Part shown: positions 1 through 12,230 of the stretch, piece by piece
Numbering within the stretch: position 1 is the first letter of the stretch
Layout of the letters: each line of letters begins with the position of its first letter
Assembly: GCA_002269645.1 (NCBI GenBank)
Contig: NIVC01003895.1
Location: 7,018 to 71,017, forward strand
DNA: 64,000 bases
Reading direction: 5' to 3'
Origin: Macrostomum lignano
Taxonomy: Eukaryota
The notes under the pieces: generated by a model
What the model saw: the letters and a program-made list of their open reading frames with translations, nothing else
Told to the model about the DNA's origin: nothing
Database searches by the model: none
Position numbers and translations under genes: made by a program

Positions 1-249
1 AATTCCGGCCGATTCCCATGGTCTCCGTCACTCTTGCGACGTCTGGAATGTCTCAGTGTTCAGAATGTAATTAACGACCCCCCACATACAGGCATGCAAC
101 CCTTTGAAGTGGAAGCAGACTTTTAGGGCGGCCTGCACTCACCCTTTGCACTGCCGTCCTCCAGCGCTTGTGGCTTTTTGTAGAGTGCAGCTGTCCACAA
201 CTACTACACTCCACCACGCTCTGATAACAGTGCAATTTGCTAATTCCCT
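1..249. repeat. Inverted repeat arm (partner at 2146-2398), truncated by the window start
   Basis: 1-249 is the reverse complement of 2146-2398 with scattered substitutions (aattccggccgattcccatggtctcc / ggagaccatgggaatcggccggaatt). Confidence 0.85.
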
Positions 250-853
250 AACCTAAATTCTAAGTCCTATCCCTAATACGTAGTTCCTACGATAGTCCCT
301 AGATGACAGTCGATTGCCGTTCTTATACCAACCTGCTCAGGTGCACGAGCTTTTCGCGGTCAGCCACTGCGAAAAAATTGCAAAAAAAATCGACACGCGC
401 TTGGCGGGTCAGCGAGAGTCGCTTCGCACGAAATAATCGCCACCCAAGCCGGGGCACGTGACCAAAGCCCGGCCCACCACCCCCACCCCGCACCAACACA
501 CAAGAGCCACTCGCTCAACACCCAACCAAGCTACGCCCGGTTGAACCAATACAGCACTCACAGACATTCAATTGAAGTAAATTAGGTTTATGATGCTCAA
601 ATTCGATTGCGCAACGTACAGTCAAGTCAAGCAGGCACACCAATAAAGTCAGCTCAGCTTCTGTCGTAACGGATTGCTGTCGAGCTCGTCGCTCTCAGTC
701 GTCCTGCAGACGGGCATCCCGCTATTCTGCCGACTCAGCCGATTGACCTTGAGCTGACCGATCTGCGTTTTTCTTAGAACAACTAAGATTTAAAAACAGT
801 GTGAATACCATCAATACTGTCTTCCGTGTCACCGTCTGTTTCTCTCTCGAAAT

Positions 854-1782
854 CCGCTAGCGGTAAGAATCCCAGAGCCTACTCTTCCCACAGCCGTAAC
901 GTCGGCAGCTTTACAACCAAAATGGCGGTTGGCTGTGTTTTATTATATAGTTTAATTTAATTTATTATTTACTTGTACTCTTTCAGCTTGGAGTCGCCGT
1001 CCATGTATACAAGAAAGTTTTGGAGTTCGATTGTGCAAGTGAGGCAATAAATCTTAACAGATCTCCAAAAAACGAGTTGCACCGCTCGGGAATGCGGCCT
1101 CATCTATTTCATAGGCATTTGGATTTTCCATTCCCTGCCGCCGGTTGAGTGGTCTGCAATGGCAGGGGATTATGAAAGGATTGAAAGCTATTATATGATG
1201 ATTTTCTCTGGTTCATACATTAGACTTGCGTGTTTGGACGGGGCGAGGGTAGATTTATTTGCATGGTTTTGGGCGCTTTTGCTTTGCATGAGTTGGAGCA
1301 ATTAGAGGAGGCCATTCTGTGAGCATTTTGTGACTCGGTTCGCAGGTCCACCCCTCGGTTGCTGCGCTTCTCGGGGTCCACCGCCGGTCTTGGGTGCGCT
1401 CGCTCCTCCTCACCCTCCGGCGGACTCCGGCCCGGCCACGTGCTGCGCTCATTAATCTTCTGCTGCTGGCTGGCCTCGCCTGTCAACCGCCTTGCCCAAA
1501 CTCGCCGTCTCGCCTTTTCTTCTGTCTGGAATGGATGGCGGCTGCTGTAGTCTTGTCACACTTGTCACTCCAGTTGCCTTCCACTGTGGGCCTCTATTGT
1601 CTCATTTATTCGCTCTATCTTTCTCATTGTGCCACTATTATACTTGAGCTGGCCTCGCCTCACTCTGCGTATTTCTTGGCTTGGCTCGTTTTCTGCGTGG
1701 CTCTTTCTTATGAATTTGTAAACACCATACAGCGAAATACGGAAAGACGGATATACGGATATATTGGCATATGGATAATACG
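854..1782. repeat. ~0.9-kb direct repeat, copy 1
   Basis: Aligns to 2979-3881. The 5' ~430 bp is clearly diverged; the 3' ~480 bp is near-identical apart from a 24-bp indel near 1598-1620. Confidence 0.9.
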
Positions 1783-2023
1783 TCTCTCACCGCATCGTCT
1801 ATCGGTCTCTCACCGCATCGTCTATCGGTCTCTCACCGCATCGTCTATCGGTCTCTCACCGTATCGTCTATCGGTCTCTCACCGCATCGTCTATCGGTCT
1901 CTCACCGCATCGTCTATCAGACTCTCACCGCATCGTCTATCGGTCTCTCACCGCATCGTCTATCGGACTCTCACCGCATCGTCTATCGGACTGTCACCGC
2001 ATCGTTTATCGGAATCTCACCGC
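1783..2023. repeat. 23-bp minisatellite (tctcaccgcatcgtctatcggtc), ~10 units
   Basis: Tandem units read directly. Confidence 0.95.
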
Positions 2024-2145
2024 TAGACTCTCTCATTTTATTTTGTGGGGCGGATGTGTAAGCCGCAGAAAATCTTCATATCTTCTATTCCGTGGCTGTC
2101 AGCCAACCCAAGACACTGAGTCAGCAGTCCACAGCGTCTTAGGGA

Positions 2146-2398
2146 AGGGAATTAAGGAATTGCACTGTTATTAGAGCGTGGTGGAGCGTAGCAGTTGAGG
2201 ACAGCTGCACTCTTACAAAAAGCCACAAGCGCTCGAGGACGGCAGTGCAAAGGGCGAGTGCAGGCGGCCCTAAAAGTCTGCTTCCACTTTAAAGGGTTGC
2301 ATGCCTTTATGTGGGGGTGGGGGGTTAATTACATTCTGAACACTGAGACATTCCAGACGTCGCAAGAGTGAGGGAGACCATGGGAATCGGCCGGAATT
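2146..2398. repeat. Inverted repeat arm (partner of 1-249)
   Basis: Reverse-complement match to the window start. Confidence 0.85.
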
Positions 2399-2978
2399 GC
2401 GACGATGTCTGGAAGGCGTGAGAAGTTGCTAACGCGGACAGTTTTGCAGTGACTGCATCGGGAAATTTCACTATAAATAAGCGAGGAATTAAATGCCTAA
2501 TCTTTACTCGCTTTACTAACTTCTGACTTGCTTGAAAAACTCGTTTGCACATCGTTGTTGTGATCTAAGCGTACCTATTGCTTCTGCAGACACCTGTGAA
2601 TGGTGGGTAAGACTGAGCACTGCCATGGCTATTGATATATGAATATTAGCGTATTGGTCTCAGACCAAGTAGATAGGCGTAAGCTATATACAATACGAGA
2701 TAGATTACTATAAGAGCATTGGAGTAGCTTAGTTATACCGTAGTGTCTCGGACTTATTCTCTCTGCCTGTAGCTCGCTTATCTGTTTACTTACTTACTTA
2801 TTCAAACCGTAAAACGAAGTTATCAAATTTACTATATGGTTAATCGGAAAATACCGTCTACCTCGTTTGTTTTAGCGGAGTTATTATTACTCATATGTAG
2901 GCTCGTAAGTTTCTAGTTAGCGGCCGGCTAGAGCCTTATACTCTGTCTCCGACATCATCATCTTTTTCGCTATATTTT

Positions 2979-3881
2979 CCGCTAGCAGTATGAATCCCAG
3001 AGCCTATACTCTTCCCCCCAGCCGTAATGTCGGCAGCTTTACAACCAAGATCGCGATTCGCTGTGTTTTTTTATATAGTTAAATTGATTTTAATGTTTAC
3101 TTATAACCTTCTAGCTTAGAGTCACCGTCCATTTATACAAAAAATATTGGGGTTTGATTATGCAACTGTAGCAAGAAATTTCAGGAAGCTCCGGATAACG
3201 GCGAATTGTACCGCTCAGAACTGAGGCCTCATCTATTTCATAGGCATTTGGATTTTCCATCCACTTCCGACAATGTCGTGATCAGAAATGGCAGGGGCTT
3301 AAAAAAACAATTATATCAAGATTTTCTCTGGTTCAAAACATTAAACTTGTGTGTTTCGACGGGGCGGGGTGGATTTAACTGAATGGTGTTCTGCGTTTTT
3401 TCTTTGCTTGAGTTGGAGCAATTAGAGGAGGCCATTCTGTGAGCATTTTGTGACTCGGTTCGCAGGTCCACCCCTCGGTTGCTGCGCTTCTCGGGGTCCA
3501 CCGCCGGTCTTGGGTGCGCTCGCTCCTCCTCACCCTCCGGCGGACTCCGGCCCGGCCACGTGCTGCGCTCATTAATCTTCTGCTGCTGGCTGGCCTCGCC
3601 TGTCAACCGCCTTGCCCAAACTCGCCGTCTCGCCTTTTCTTCTGTCTGGAATGGATGGCGGCTGCTGTAGTCTTGTCACACTTGTCACTCCAGTTGCCTT
3701 CCACTGTGGGCCTCTATCTTTCTCATTGTGCCACTATTATACTTGAGCTGGCCTCGCCTCACTCTGCGAAATTCTTGGCTTGGCTCGTTTTCTGCGTGGC
3801 TCTTTCATATGAATTTGTAAACAACATACAGCGATATACGGAAAGACGGATATACTGATATATTGGCATATGGATAATACG
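2979..3881. repeat. ~0.9-kb direct repeat, copy 2
   Basis: Aligns to 854-1782 and ends ~240 bp upstream of the FReD start codon. Confidence 0.9.
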
Positions 3882-4021
3882 GATATGCAGATACATGGAC
3901 ATCTGGATAATACGGATATGCAGATACATGGACATCTAGATAATACGGATATGCAGATGCATGGACATCTAGATAATACGGATATGCAGATACATGGACA
4001 TCTGGATAATACGGATATGCG
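3868..4021. repeat. 33-bp minisatellite (ggataatacggatatgcagatacatggacatct), ~4.5 units
   Basis: Tandem units read directly. Confidence 0.95.
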
Positions 4022-4122
4022 AATCCTCTTAGCGCAGTGTCATTCGGGTATATATATTCCTAGTTTTGCCGCGGCCCTCATCACTCAGTCAAGCACTCTA
4101 ACAAGCTCAACTTGCACCCAAA

Positions 4123-5537
4123 ATGCAGTCCTGGACTCTGCTCACCGGCCTTCTGCTGGGTCTCGCCTGCTGCACGCTTTCTGCAGATTCCAACGGACAG
4201 TCGGGTTACATGGACGTGAGCAGCTTCGCTCGAGTCGGCACCACCACGTTCAAAGGATCGAAGTTGGGCGTCTTTGAAATCGATGGCGTTCGCGTTGCCG
4301 AGCCGAGAGTTGCTTTCCAGTCCTCATGCAGTGCCGTGAACTTCAACTGGGGGTACAAGAAGTACCAGCTGACTCTGTCGATTCGCATCGATCCCAACGC
4401 GCTCCGATCGCGCAAGGGCTCGTCGAAGAAAGTCGGCCGCGTGTCGATCATCGGGCTGAATGTGAAGGCGGACCAAGGCTTGTCCAGCCGACAGTCCGGG
4501 CTTTCCGTGATGGCGAAGGTAAAAAACTCGGGCAGGAGTGTCGACCTCGTCTTTCTGTGCAGCTCGTTCCGCAGGTGCCAGCAACTTACAAACGAGCTCG
4601 TGAGCAACCCGTCGAACATCGGCCGGGCGCTGCAGTTTGAAGCTCTCGGCAGAGTCGGCAGCATTCCGGTGAGGTTCGGCTTCAGGAGCAGCGCCAACCT
4701 GCCGAGGCTGAGGTGCAACCGGCACCGCTGGATCGTGTTCCAGAGGCGGGTCGACGGCAGCCTCTCGTTCGCTCAGAACTGGGACTCCTATGTGAAGGGA
4801 TTCGGAAATCCCAGCTCCAACTACTGGATGGGTTAGTTGAGCTGATCAGTGGATATAAAATGCAATTAGAAAGCCCTCGTTCCAGGGCTCCTTGGTCGTC
4901 GATTTCTACGCTCGTTCTGTATCTAAGCTCCTTCCATGCTTGCATAATTAGTTGATAAAGAACGTCAGGTATCTTGTCAACTACCTTCCGGTTCTTTTCA
5001 TGAAATTTCAAACCTTTATTTTAAAGTTTTACAAAGTTTTACAAAAATACTTGGAATTGATAGTGGTTTATTCTCTATTTTCAAACCACAGGCTTGGACC
5101 GTCTGTCCGAGATGACGAAAACAGGTGAAAAGAACGGCTACGCCCTGACTTCCCGGTGCCGGTTGAGAATCGAGGTCCAGAGCTTCAGCGGCAGGAAGTA
5201 CAGAGCCGAGTTCCGAATGTTCCAAGTGCTCGGTCCTGAGCAGCAGTACCGCCTGCGCGTCGGACTGCAGGTCGGCAGGTCGGTGTTGGGCAACGGGTTT
5301 CAGGGGCACAACGAGATGAGGTTCAGCACATTCGACCGAGATCACGACACTTGGAAGCATTCGTGCTCTCGAAAGTTTGGCTACGGTGGTTGGTGGTTTA
5401 ACAGTTGCCATAGCGTGAACCTGAACGGAGCCTACGCCACAGACAGGAAGATCACTAACAATCCAACGTACATGAGCTTCGTCGTGCACGGGAAATACGT
5501 TCCAATGCGGCGCACTCTGATGAAATTCAAGTGCTAA
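4123..5537 (+). CDS. Secreted fibrinogen C-terminal domain (FReD/FBG) protein, 2 exons, 384 aa
   Basis: Exons 4123-4831 and 5092-5537, phase-1 GT(TAGT)...CACAG intron, joined reading NYWMG|LDRL. Signal peptide MQSWTLLTGLLLGLACC. FBG motifs WIVFQRRVDGS, WDSYVKGFG, FSTFDRDHD, GGWWFNSCHSVNLNG. Confidence 0.92.
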
Positions 5538-6880
5538 TGATCTTATCGCGCTCACACGAGCTGCTGTTCAGCAGACAGTTCTGACTCATGACTGCTTATC
5601 TTTATTCAAGGCTTCTTGGTGCATGGTGCTTTTCTGAATTCGGGTTAAAAAATTGATTCAATTATTTTGTTTTAGCTTCCTCGTGTGAGATCATGCTCAA
5701 AATTTCAACTAATATGACAAGAGGAAAACGCAAAATAAATAAAATTTATTCTCGTTGATTTTAGATGCACGGTGTTTCGTGAAGTTTTAATTAATAATTG
5801 TGAGATGCGATCAATGTTTTGAATATACAGTGAAAAGTGTATCTTTAAAATCTCGGAAAGCCGCCTTGTTTGTTCTTGCTTTGCTCTCCAAACAGCGGCA
5901 TTGGTCTGTCCCATCACAACTTTTATACATATTGGGCGAGGGGCTTCGGAGCACATTCTCGCACCCTTCAGGAACACAGAAACAGTCTGTACAAGTATCT
6001 GTGAGTTCTGGTACAAGCCAAGCTTCGAACGCTCAAGAGAATATTCGCTTCAGATTATTTCATTGCTACTCGTCAGTAGGCAGAAACTTCCAGAGAGTTA
6101 AAGAGACAAAAGCTCGGCTTGTTTTAGCAAGTGTAGCTTGGTGATCGCTGATTGCGAACCGGCATTATAAGAGCTGGCAGATACCTGCAGACAAACATTG
6201 ATAAGTTCATTAGCTGAGGTTTTTTGAGTTTTGTTTTAACTGCGCGATAGTTGTTAGGTGCAAGACTGTAGTTGCTTTCAATGAATCTTCGATCCCATTT
6301 TGCATCCTCCAAGGTTTTGTTAAACATATAGTTTTCGCTATAACTACTGAGTGCAATTCCCTCACTCAGAAAATTGGACACAGAGGTGGGTGAATGGCCA
6401 ATGCTGCACTCTAAAGACGATAATAAAAAAATACATCTTCGCATATCTTGCACGATCATTTGGATATTAAGTCACCAGTTGCACAAATTGATGGCATTTG
6501 AAGCTCAGTTAGGATTTTTATTGAACAGTTCCGCGTCCATGTACGCTTGACTTGCTGTGTTCAAGGACTTCACTTGCCTGAACACAGCAGCTCGAGCTGG
6601 TGAAATTCGCTCAGATTTAAAGCTACAAGGCTGACCCCGTAGCAGAGCATGGCTCTATCAGACACTTCGAGTCAGCCGATGACAGTCCCACATTCAGTTG
6701 CTCGAATGGACCAAAGACACATTGATGCAGAATTGCAGCACGCCCGCTCCGATGAATGAGAACCCCGGAGACATTTGAAGAAATTTAAAAAAAATTCTGT
6801 TGGGACTTTTACTGACTGTGCCTTTAGACACTTCGTGATTTCTCGGACTAGCTCAAACCTGCCTTCTGGCTAGTTTACAT

Positions 6881-8260
6881 TGGTGGTAGCGGTCTCTAAA
6901 TCAAGCCGGTTCACTCATGGTGCATGAAAATGCACTTTTGCCACCAAAGTTTTCGTGTGCAGACGACACCGACATTAACATATGGCTGCAAATTTTTGAA
7001 GATTTTTCAGCAGATTCAGGGTGGAACGATGCTAAAATGGCCTCAAAAAGCAAGCTTCTTCTGTGCGGCGAAGCGCTGGTGTTCGTCTGGGACCTGCCAG
7101 AGGACGAGAAGAAAAGCTTCAAGAGTGTAAAAAGCAAATTCATCCAGTTCTACAGCAGCAAGGAAAACTACTACCTCTCCATTTCAGAGTTTGAGAGATT
7201 GCGAAGTGCGACACCGAATGCTGGTACTGCTGCCTTCGAAAGAGGCCGATTGCGACGAAGTCAGCCCTGAACGCTTGGCGGACCGCGCCACGACCCTGGA
7301 AAGCATCGGCAGCAAAGGAGTCTCTGCAAGCGTTGCAGTGACATCGATTAGCAATCAAGTGTCTGATCGGCTGGAGCAGATTTAGGAGCAGCTGGCAGAC
7401 TTGGCCGCGACAGTCGCCACGATCAGCAGCCGTGGCAGTCTACGTGGAAGAAGAAGAGGAGCCGGACGCAAAGGCAGCAGCCGGGGAAGATGCTTCAACT
7501 GCGCTCAGCCAGGCAAATTTCGCGGCTCAGTGCCCCAGCAGGAAGGCCGCACTGAAAGTCAATAGCTTTAGCTCTGAAGTTGTGACAAAAGTTTATTGAA
7601 GTCAACCTTAGATCGGAAACACATTTAATAAGCATCGCAGCATAGCATTTGGGGGTGGGTGACAGAGATAAGGCATGCACGATGGAATAGAGAATGAACA
7701 ACGATGTACACAGAGTACGCGAACCCTCACCAGACAAATAACCCACCCCAAACACTGATCCCAGAGCCCACAGTCCATAAAAGATCAGAGTCAGTGGACT
7801 CATCAGAGTGAGTCCAACACCGCACCAACCATGCCGTCCGTGCGCGGCCGCTGCTCAGGCAAAGGACACCAAGCCGAGGTCTGCCCGACACCAGCTTCGG
7901 GAAACTTCTGAGGACTGGTGACCGCGGGCCATCACCAGCCCTGCCTAGCACGGCCTAAACCGCTTCCATCTTCCTTCCCTTCAGCATTGCTGGCCGGCCC
8001 TGCAGGTGGCTGTTTGACACCGGTGCGCAGGTGACGCATGGTATCAGCAGGAATCGCTGCTCAGCTGCATTCCACTCTCAGCTCTCCGGTCGATATCGAC
8101 GGCTGACGCTCGGAGTCCCCAGGAATTGCAACGCTAGCCATACAGCTGGACGGTCTGCCGCCAACAGAGCATCAGGTGATAGTGGTCACCGACATTCAGC
8201 CAGAATGCGTACTCGGCTTGGATGCCATCGGCAAGATGCTCTCAAGTTTCAGCGTGAACC
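6881..8260 (+). mobile_element. Decayed Ty3/Gypsy-type LTR retrotransposon fragment (PBS, gag, zinc knuckle, protease)
   Basis: LTR-like end TACA (6876-6879) followed by PBS TGGTGGTAGCGGT (6881-6893), matching the tRNA-Leu 3' end consensus. gag-like PPKFSCADDTDINIWL (6917 ORF). Degenerate CCHC GRCFNCAQPG near 7485-7535. Protease LFDTGAQVT (8010-8036) and CVLGLDAIG. Frameshifts and stops; no RT or 3' LTR found. Confidence 0.8.
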
Positions 8261-9369
8261 TGGACGTCTTCTATCCAGCTTGGTTCAAACAGGATTCCCA
8301 TTGTCCCTGACAGGAGCCCCACGCCAGCCTGCCGAGTGGTGTTTGGTGGTGCTGCCACTCGAGTCGGCCGTGAAAGTCGTCCAGGTCGTAGTCGGTCTCA
8401 AAGTGCAGAACACTATACTCGTAGTAATGGCGTAGAAACCAAAAGGCTCTGATCGTGGCGTAGCAATCCAGATTTTTCATAATTATCAGCACGAATTCAA
8501 GCAGTACGAGCTATTTTAAATGTCATAAGGTGCTCCGAATTCCGGCACATGCAGCTTGTCGATTCGTAGCCCTTTAGAGCGCCCAGTCTACCTGTTGATG
8601 CTGAGTCATTTACTAGCTAGCATTGTCCGACACTTGCTCGCCTTACGTCAGTGCTCTGATGGCAATTATCCTTCTGTTGCGTTTCATAGACGCGTATGCC
8701 TCTATTTTAAGAAGCGAAAGAGTGACTGACAGGTGCTTCAGATATCAGTTTGTTGATTTGCAGGCCTTTAAAGTATGAGGATATGTTTTGCCATCGAAAT
8801 TTTACCTTTGGAACTCTCAAGCCATCGACATATTGAAATCAATGTCGTGTGTCGTAGCAATTGTCACAGCAGTGACAAGGTTATGAGTTTGAGTAGAAAA
8901 CCGCCTTATTTTCTCACCATAGTCATCATTAGTACGCCGCCAGCTGCTGTGGTTGAAATCCGTATTGAAACAATGTTGTGACAATATTATTAAGTTAGAC
9001 AGAAAATCATAAATTAAGTGATAACCAGATACTTCTGATTCACAAATTACGTTCTGAACGTTAAGCCCCGGCCTATATGGCCAAGGCCAATCCTTTTCTG
9101 GAAACTTAATGACCGGCGAAAGCTTTAATTTGGGTCAGTGCTGAATAATTACAGTTGAACAAGTCTGGAATTGATTTTGTGGTCATGTCATTTTTTCCTT
9201 TTTCTGCCGTTATGCTTTGTTTTAATTTTTGTTGTCTTAATCGATGTCATATAAATTCTCCGTAGACTGACTGTCGTTTGGCGAATGCCTCGTTGCTTAT
9301 ACCGGTATAGTTTGTTTTGTGAGTGCACTGTGGATATCTGTAGATTATCTGATTTGTTTTGTAAATTTA

Positions 9370-9600
9370 CATTGGCTTAAATGCTTTTTAATGAAGGTCT
9401 TGTTGCTTACATGCTTTTTGATGTAGGTCCTGTTGCTTACATGCTTTGTGATGTAGGTCCTGTTGCTTACATGCTTTGTGATGTAGGTCCTGTTGCTTAC
9501 ATGCTTTGTGATGTAGGTCCTGTTGCTTAAATGCTTTGTGATGTAGGTCCTGTTGCTTACATGCTTTGTGATGTAGGTCCTGTTGTTTACATGCTGTCGT
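9370..9600. repeat. 30-bp minisatellite (tgtgatgtaggtcctgttgcttacatgctt)
   Basis: About 7 tandem units. Confidence 0.95.
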
Positions 9601-9629
9601 TTTGGATACTCCATAGCCTACCTAGCCCC

Positions 9630-9990
9630 GTAGCTTAGGTAATTCGTTTTGTGATAGACCACTAGCTTAGATAATTTGTTTTGTGATAGACCAGTAGCTT
9701 AGGTAATTTGTTTTGTGATAGACCAGTAGCTTAGATAATTTGTTTTGTGATAGACCAGTAGCTTAGGTAATTTGTTTTGTGATAGACCAGTAGCTTAGGT
9801 AATTTGTTTTGTGATAGACCAGTAGCTTAGGTAATTTGTTTTGTGATAGACCAGTAGCTTAGGTAATTTGTTTTGTGATAGACCAGTAGCTTAGGTAATT
9901 CGTTTTTTGATAGACCAAGCTTAGGTATTTGTTTTGTATTAGACCAGTAGCTTAGGTAATTTGTTTTTTGTTAGACCAGTAGCTTAGATA
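9630..9990. repeat. 32-bp minisatellite (agcttaggtaatttgttttgtgatagaccagt)
   Basis: About 11 tandem units. Confidence 0.95.
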
Positions 9991-10822
9991 GTTTGTCTTT
10001 TCTTTTCCTTGCTTTCGTTAATTTTTGCTTAAAATTATAATTTATCCCAGATTTTCAGACTTGACTGGATCAAGCAGTGATTAGTTAGAAGTTTAGAAAT
10101 TCCTATTTGTGTTTTACTTTGATATTTTACGCAACTAAATTGGTTTGAACTGCTTTTAGATAGTTTTTTTATGAGTCTAAAGCAATTACACAAGAAGAAA
10201 ACACGATAGCTGGTATTTTGTGACGAAAAAGGATATAACTTTTCTATTAATCAAGACGAGTTCTATCATTATTCTATAATTTTCGGCAACTCACGAGCTG
10301 ACGAGCGCGCTATTCTTGTGCCGACATGTACTGCCTCGCTCACTTGGACCATTCACCTCAGCTGATGTTTGGCAGCTTGTGCTGTGACGGAGTGACCAAG
10401 GTCTCGCATGCTGAACCAGCTGCCCCAGGGTGGTTAAAGATGCGCACCAAAAGTAAATGAGACTGGACTCTCAACCATCTACGGGCAAAGATTCAAGGGC
10501 ACCTGTAGTCTAGTCATGGCCGATCTAAGGGTCTCTGCGATGGTATCGACTGAACAGCCCAACAGAGAAATGCTGGTTCGACCCCCTACTACCAGGACCT
10601 CTCGACCAATAGAATAATTTCTCAACAGTACCGCTCTAACTAAAAATTCCAAAAATATTAACGGATCCTACCCCAGAAACTCGCCATGTTTTCTCAACCT
10701 ATCGAATCGCAAAGGGCTGAAGCCCCATCTGCAATAATCACACGTCACCACACGCGATCCTCTCCAACTATGGACACTAGCTCTGGACACTCATTCTTGT
10801 GTGTCGAATGGACACACTTCCA

Positions 10823-11240
10823 CAAGTCATGAACACCCATTTCTCAGTGTCATCGGGTACTCATCCCCAAGTCATGGACACCCATTTATGAGTGTCATTG
10901 GGTACTCATCCCCAAGTCATGGACACCCATTTCTGAGTGTCATTGGGTACTCATCCCAGAGTCATGGACACCAATTTATGAGTGTCATTGGGTACTCATC
11001 CTCAAGTCACGGACACCCATTTCTGAGTGTCATTGGGTACTCCTCCTCAAGTCATGGACACCCATTTCTGAGTGTCATTGGGTACTCATCCCCATGTCAT
11101 GGACACCAATTTATTAGTGTCATTGGGTACTCATCCTCAAGTCACGGACACCCATTTCTGAGTTTCATTGGGTACTCATCCTCAAGTCATGGACACCCAT
11201 TTCTGAGTGTCATTGGGTACTCATCCCCAAGTCATGGACA
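10823..11240. repeat. 45-bp minisatellite (caagtcatggacacccatttctgagtgtcattgggtactcatccc)
   Basis: About 9 tandem units; explains the 10801 ORF. Confidence 0.93.
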
Positions 11241-12094
11241 CTCACCAAAAGGACTTCCTAACCCCCTGACCCGTCTCCGACATGCCAATCAGCGACGTGC
11301 GCCAGACCGACTCTTTCTACCTTCCTACCGCTCCTTGGGTAGGGATGCCTTAGAGTCATCGGCTGTATTATCTCACTGAAGCCATGCTCTCGTATCCTTA
11401 CAAGAACCGAAGGTGTGTAAGCATGTGCACATGATGCTCTCAAATGGCATGACTTTAAAGCTGCCTCAACGTTTTTTGAGCAAATGCTCCGCTGTTTTGT
11501 CTATGACCATGTTTTTATTCTTACTGACTGGAGCAATTGCTCTGCAGCCGAGAACTTTCTCATGAATCTGAGTTGGAGCATTTGCTCAGTTTATTCATAC
11601 GGCCTAATTTTTTTATTTCCACTCCCAGATGTCAGCTTTTCCACGGTGTTTTTCACGGTAGACAATGGCTCTTTAAGCCTACAAAATATCGTCAATGCAG
11701 AAGGGACTGTCAACTTAGAATTTTAATGGAAAAGGCTAATTAACACAGCGGATATCCGCGTGCCGGTGTCGAATACCAGTGCGTTGGACTGAAGGCAGAG
11801 CAGCTCAGCGGTAGAGTGTACATGACTGACGATTAGAGTGCTGTGCCTGCGTACAGCACTGGTGCGCTTGTATGTGCTCAGGAGCCAGCGGAATGGAAAG
11901 AATTGCCTCGGACGAATGTCTCTGAAAGCGTTGTTCCAGGATGCCCACAGCGCATCATTAATATTTTTATTTTCATTACTACTACTATTGCTACTATTAT
12001 TATTAATATTATTATTATATTCTGAAAATTTAACTTGGGCCGGCAATAAGTGAAGGTAAAATATCATTTGAAAACCATTTCTCTCTACGTCAGA

Positions 12095-12230
12095 CAGGGT
12101 TTTTACAGTCGGAATTTCAAGTCGAATCCAGTCTATAGACAATGCTGGACTAGATTAGAACTAGCCTAGACTAGATTTCAAATCCGATTTGATTTGACTT
12201 GAAATTCCGACTGGAAAACCCCCCCCCCTG
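12095..12230. mobile_element. MITE-like foldback, ~135 bp
   Basis: cagggtttttacagtcggaatttcaagtc ... gacttgaaattccgactggaaaaccc(c)nctg form imperfect terminal inverted repeats starting CAGGG. No clear TSD. Confidence 0.5.

Noticed and set aside
340-780. Possible solo LTR (AATAAA near 642)
   Set aside because: No defined TG...CA boundaries, TSD or second copy in the window.
854-3881. The two 0.9-kb direct repeats as an LTR pair
   Set aside because: No TG...CA ends, PBS, PPT or TSD, and divergence is mosaic.
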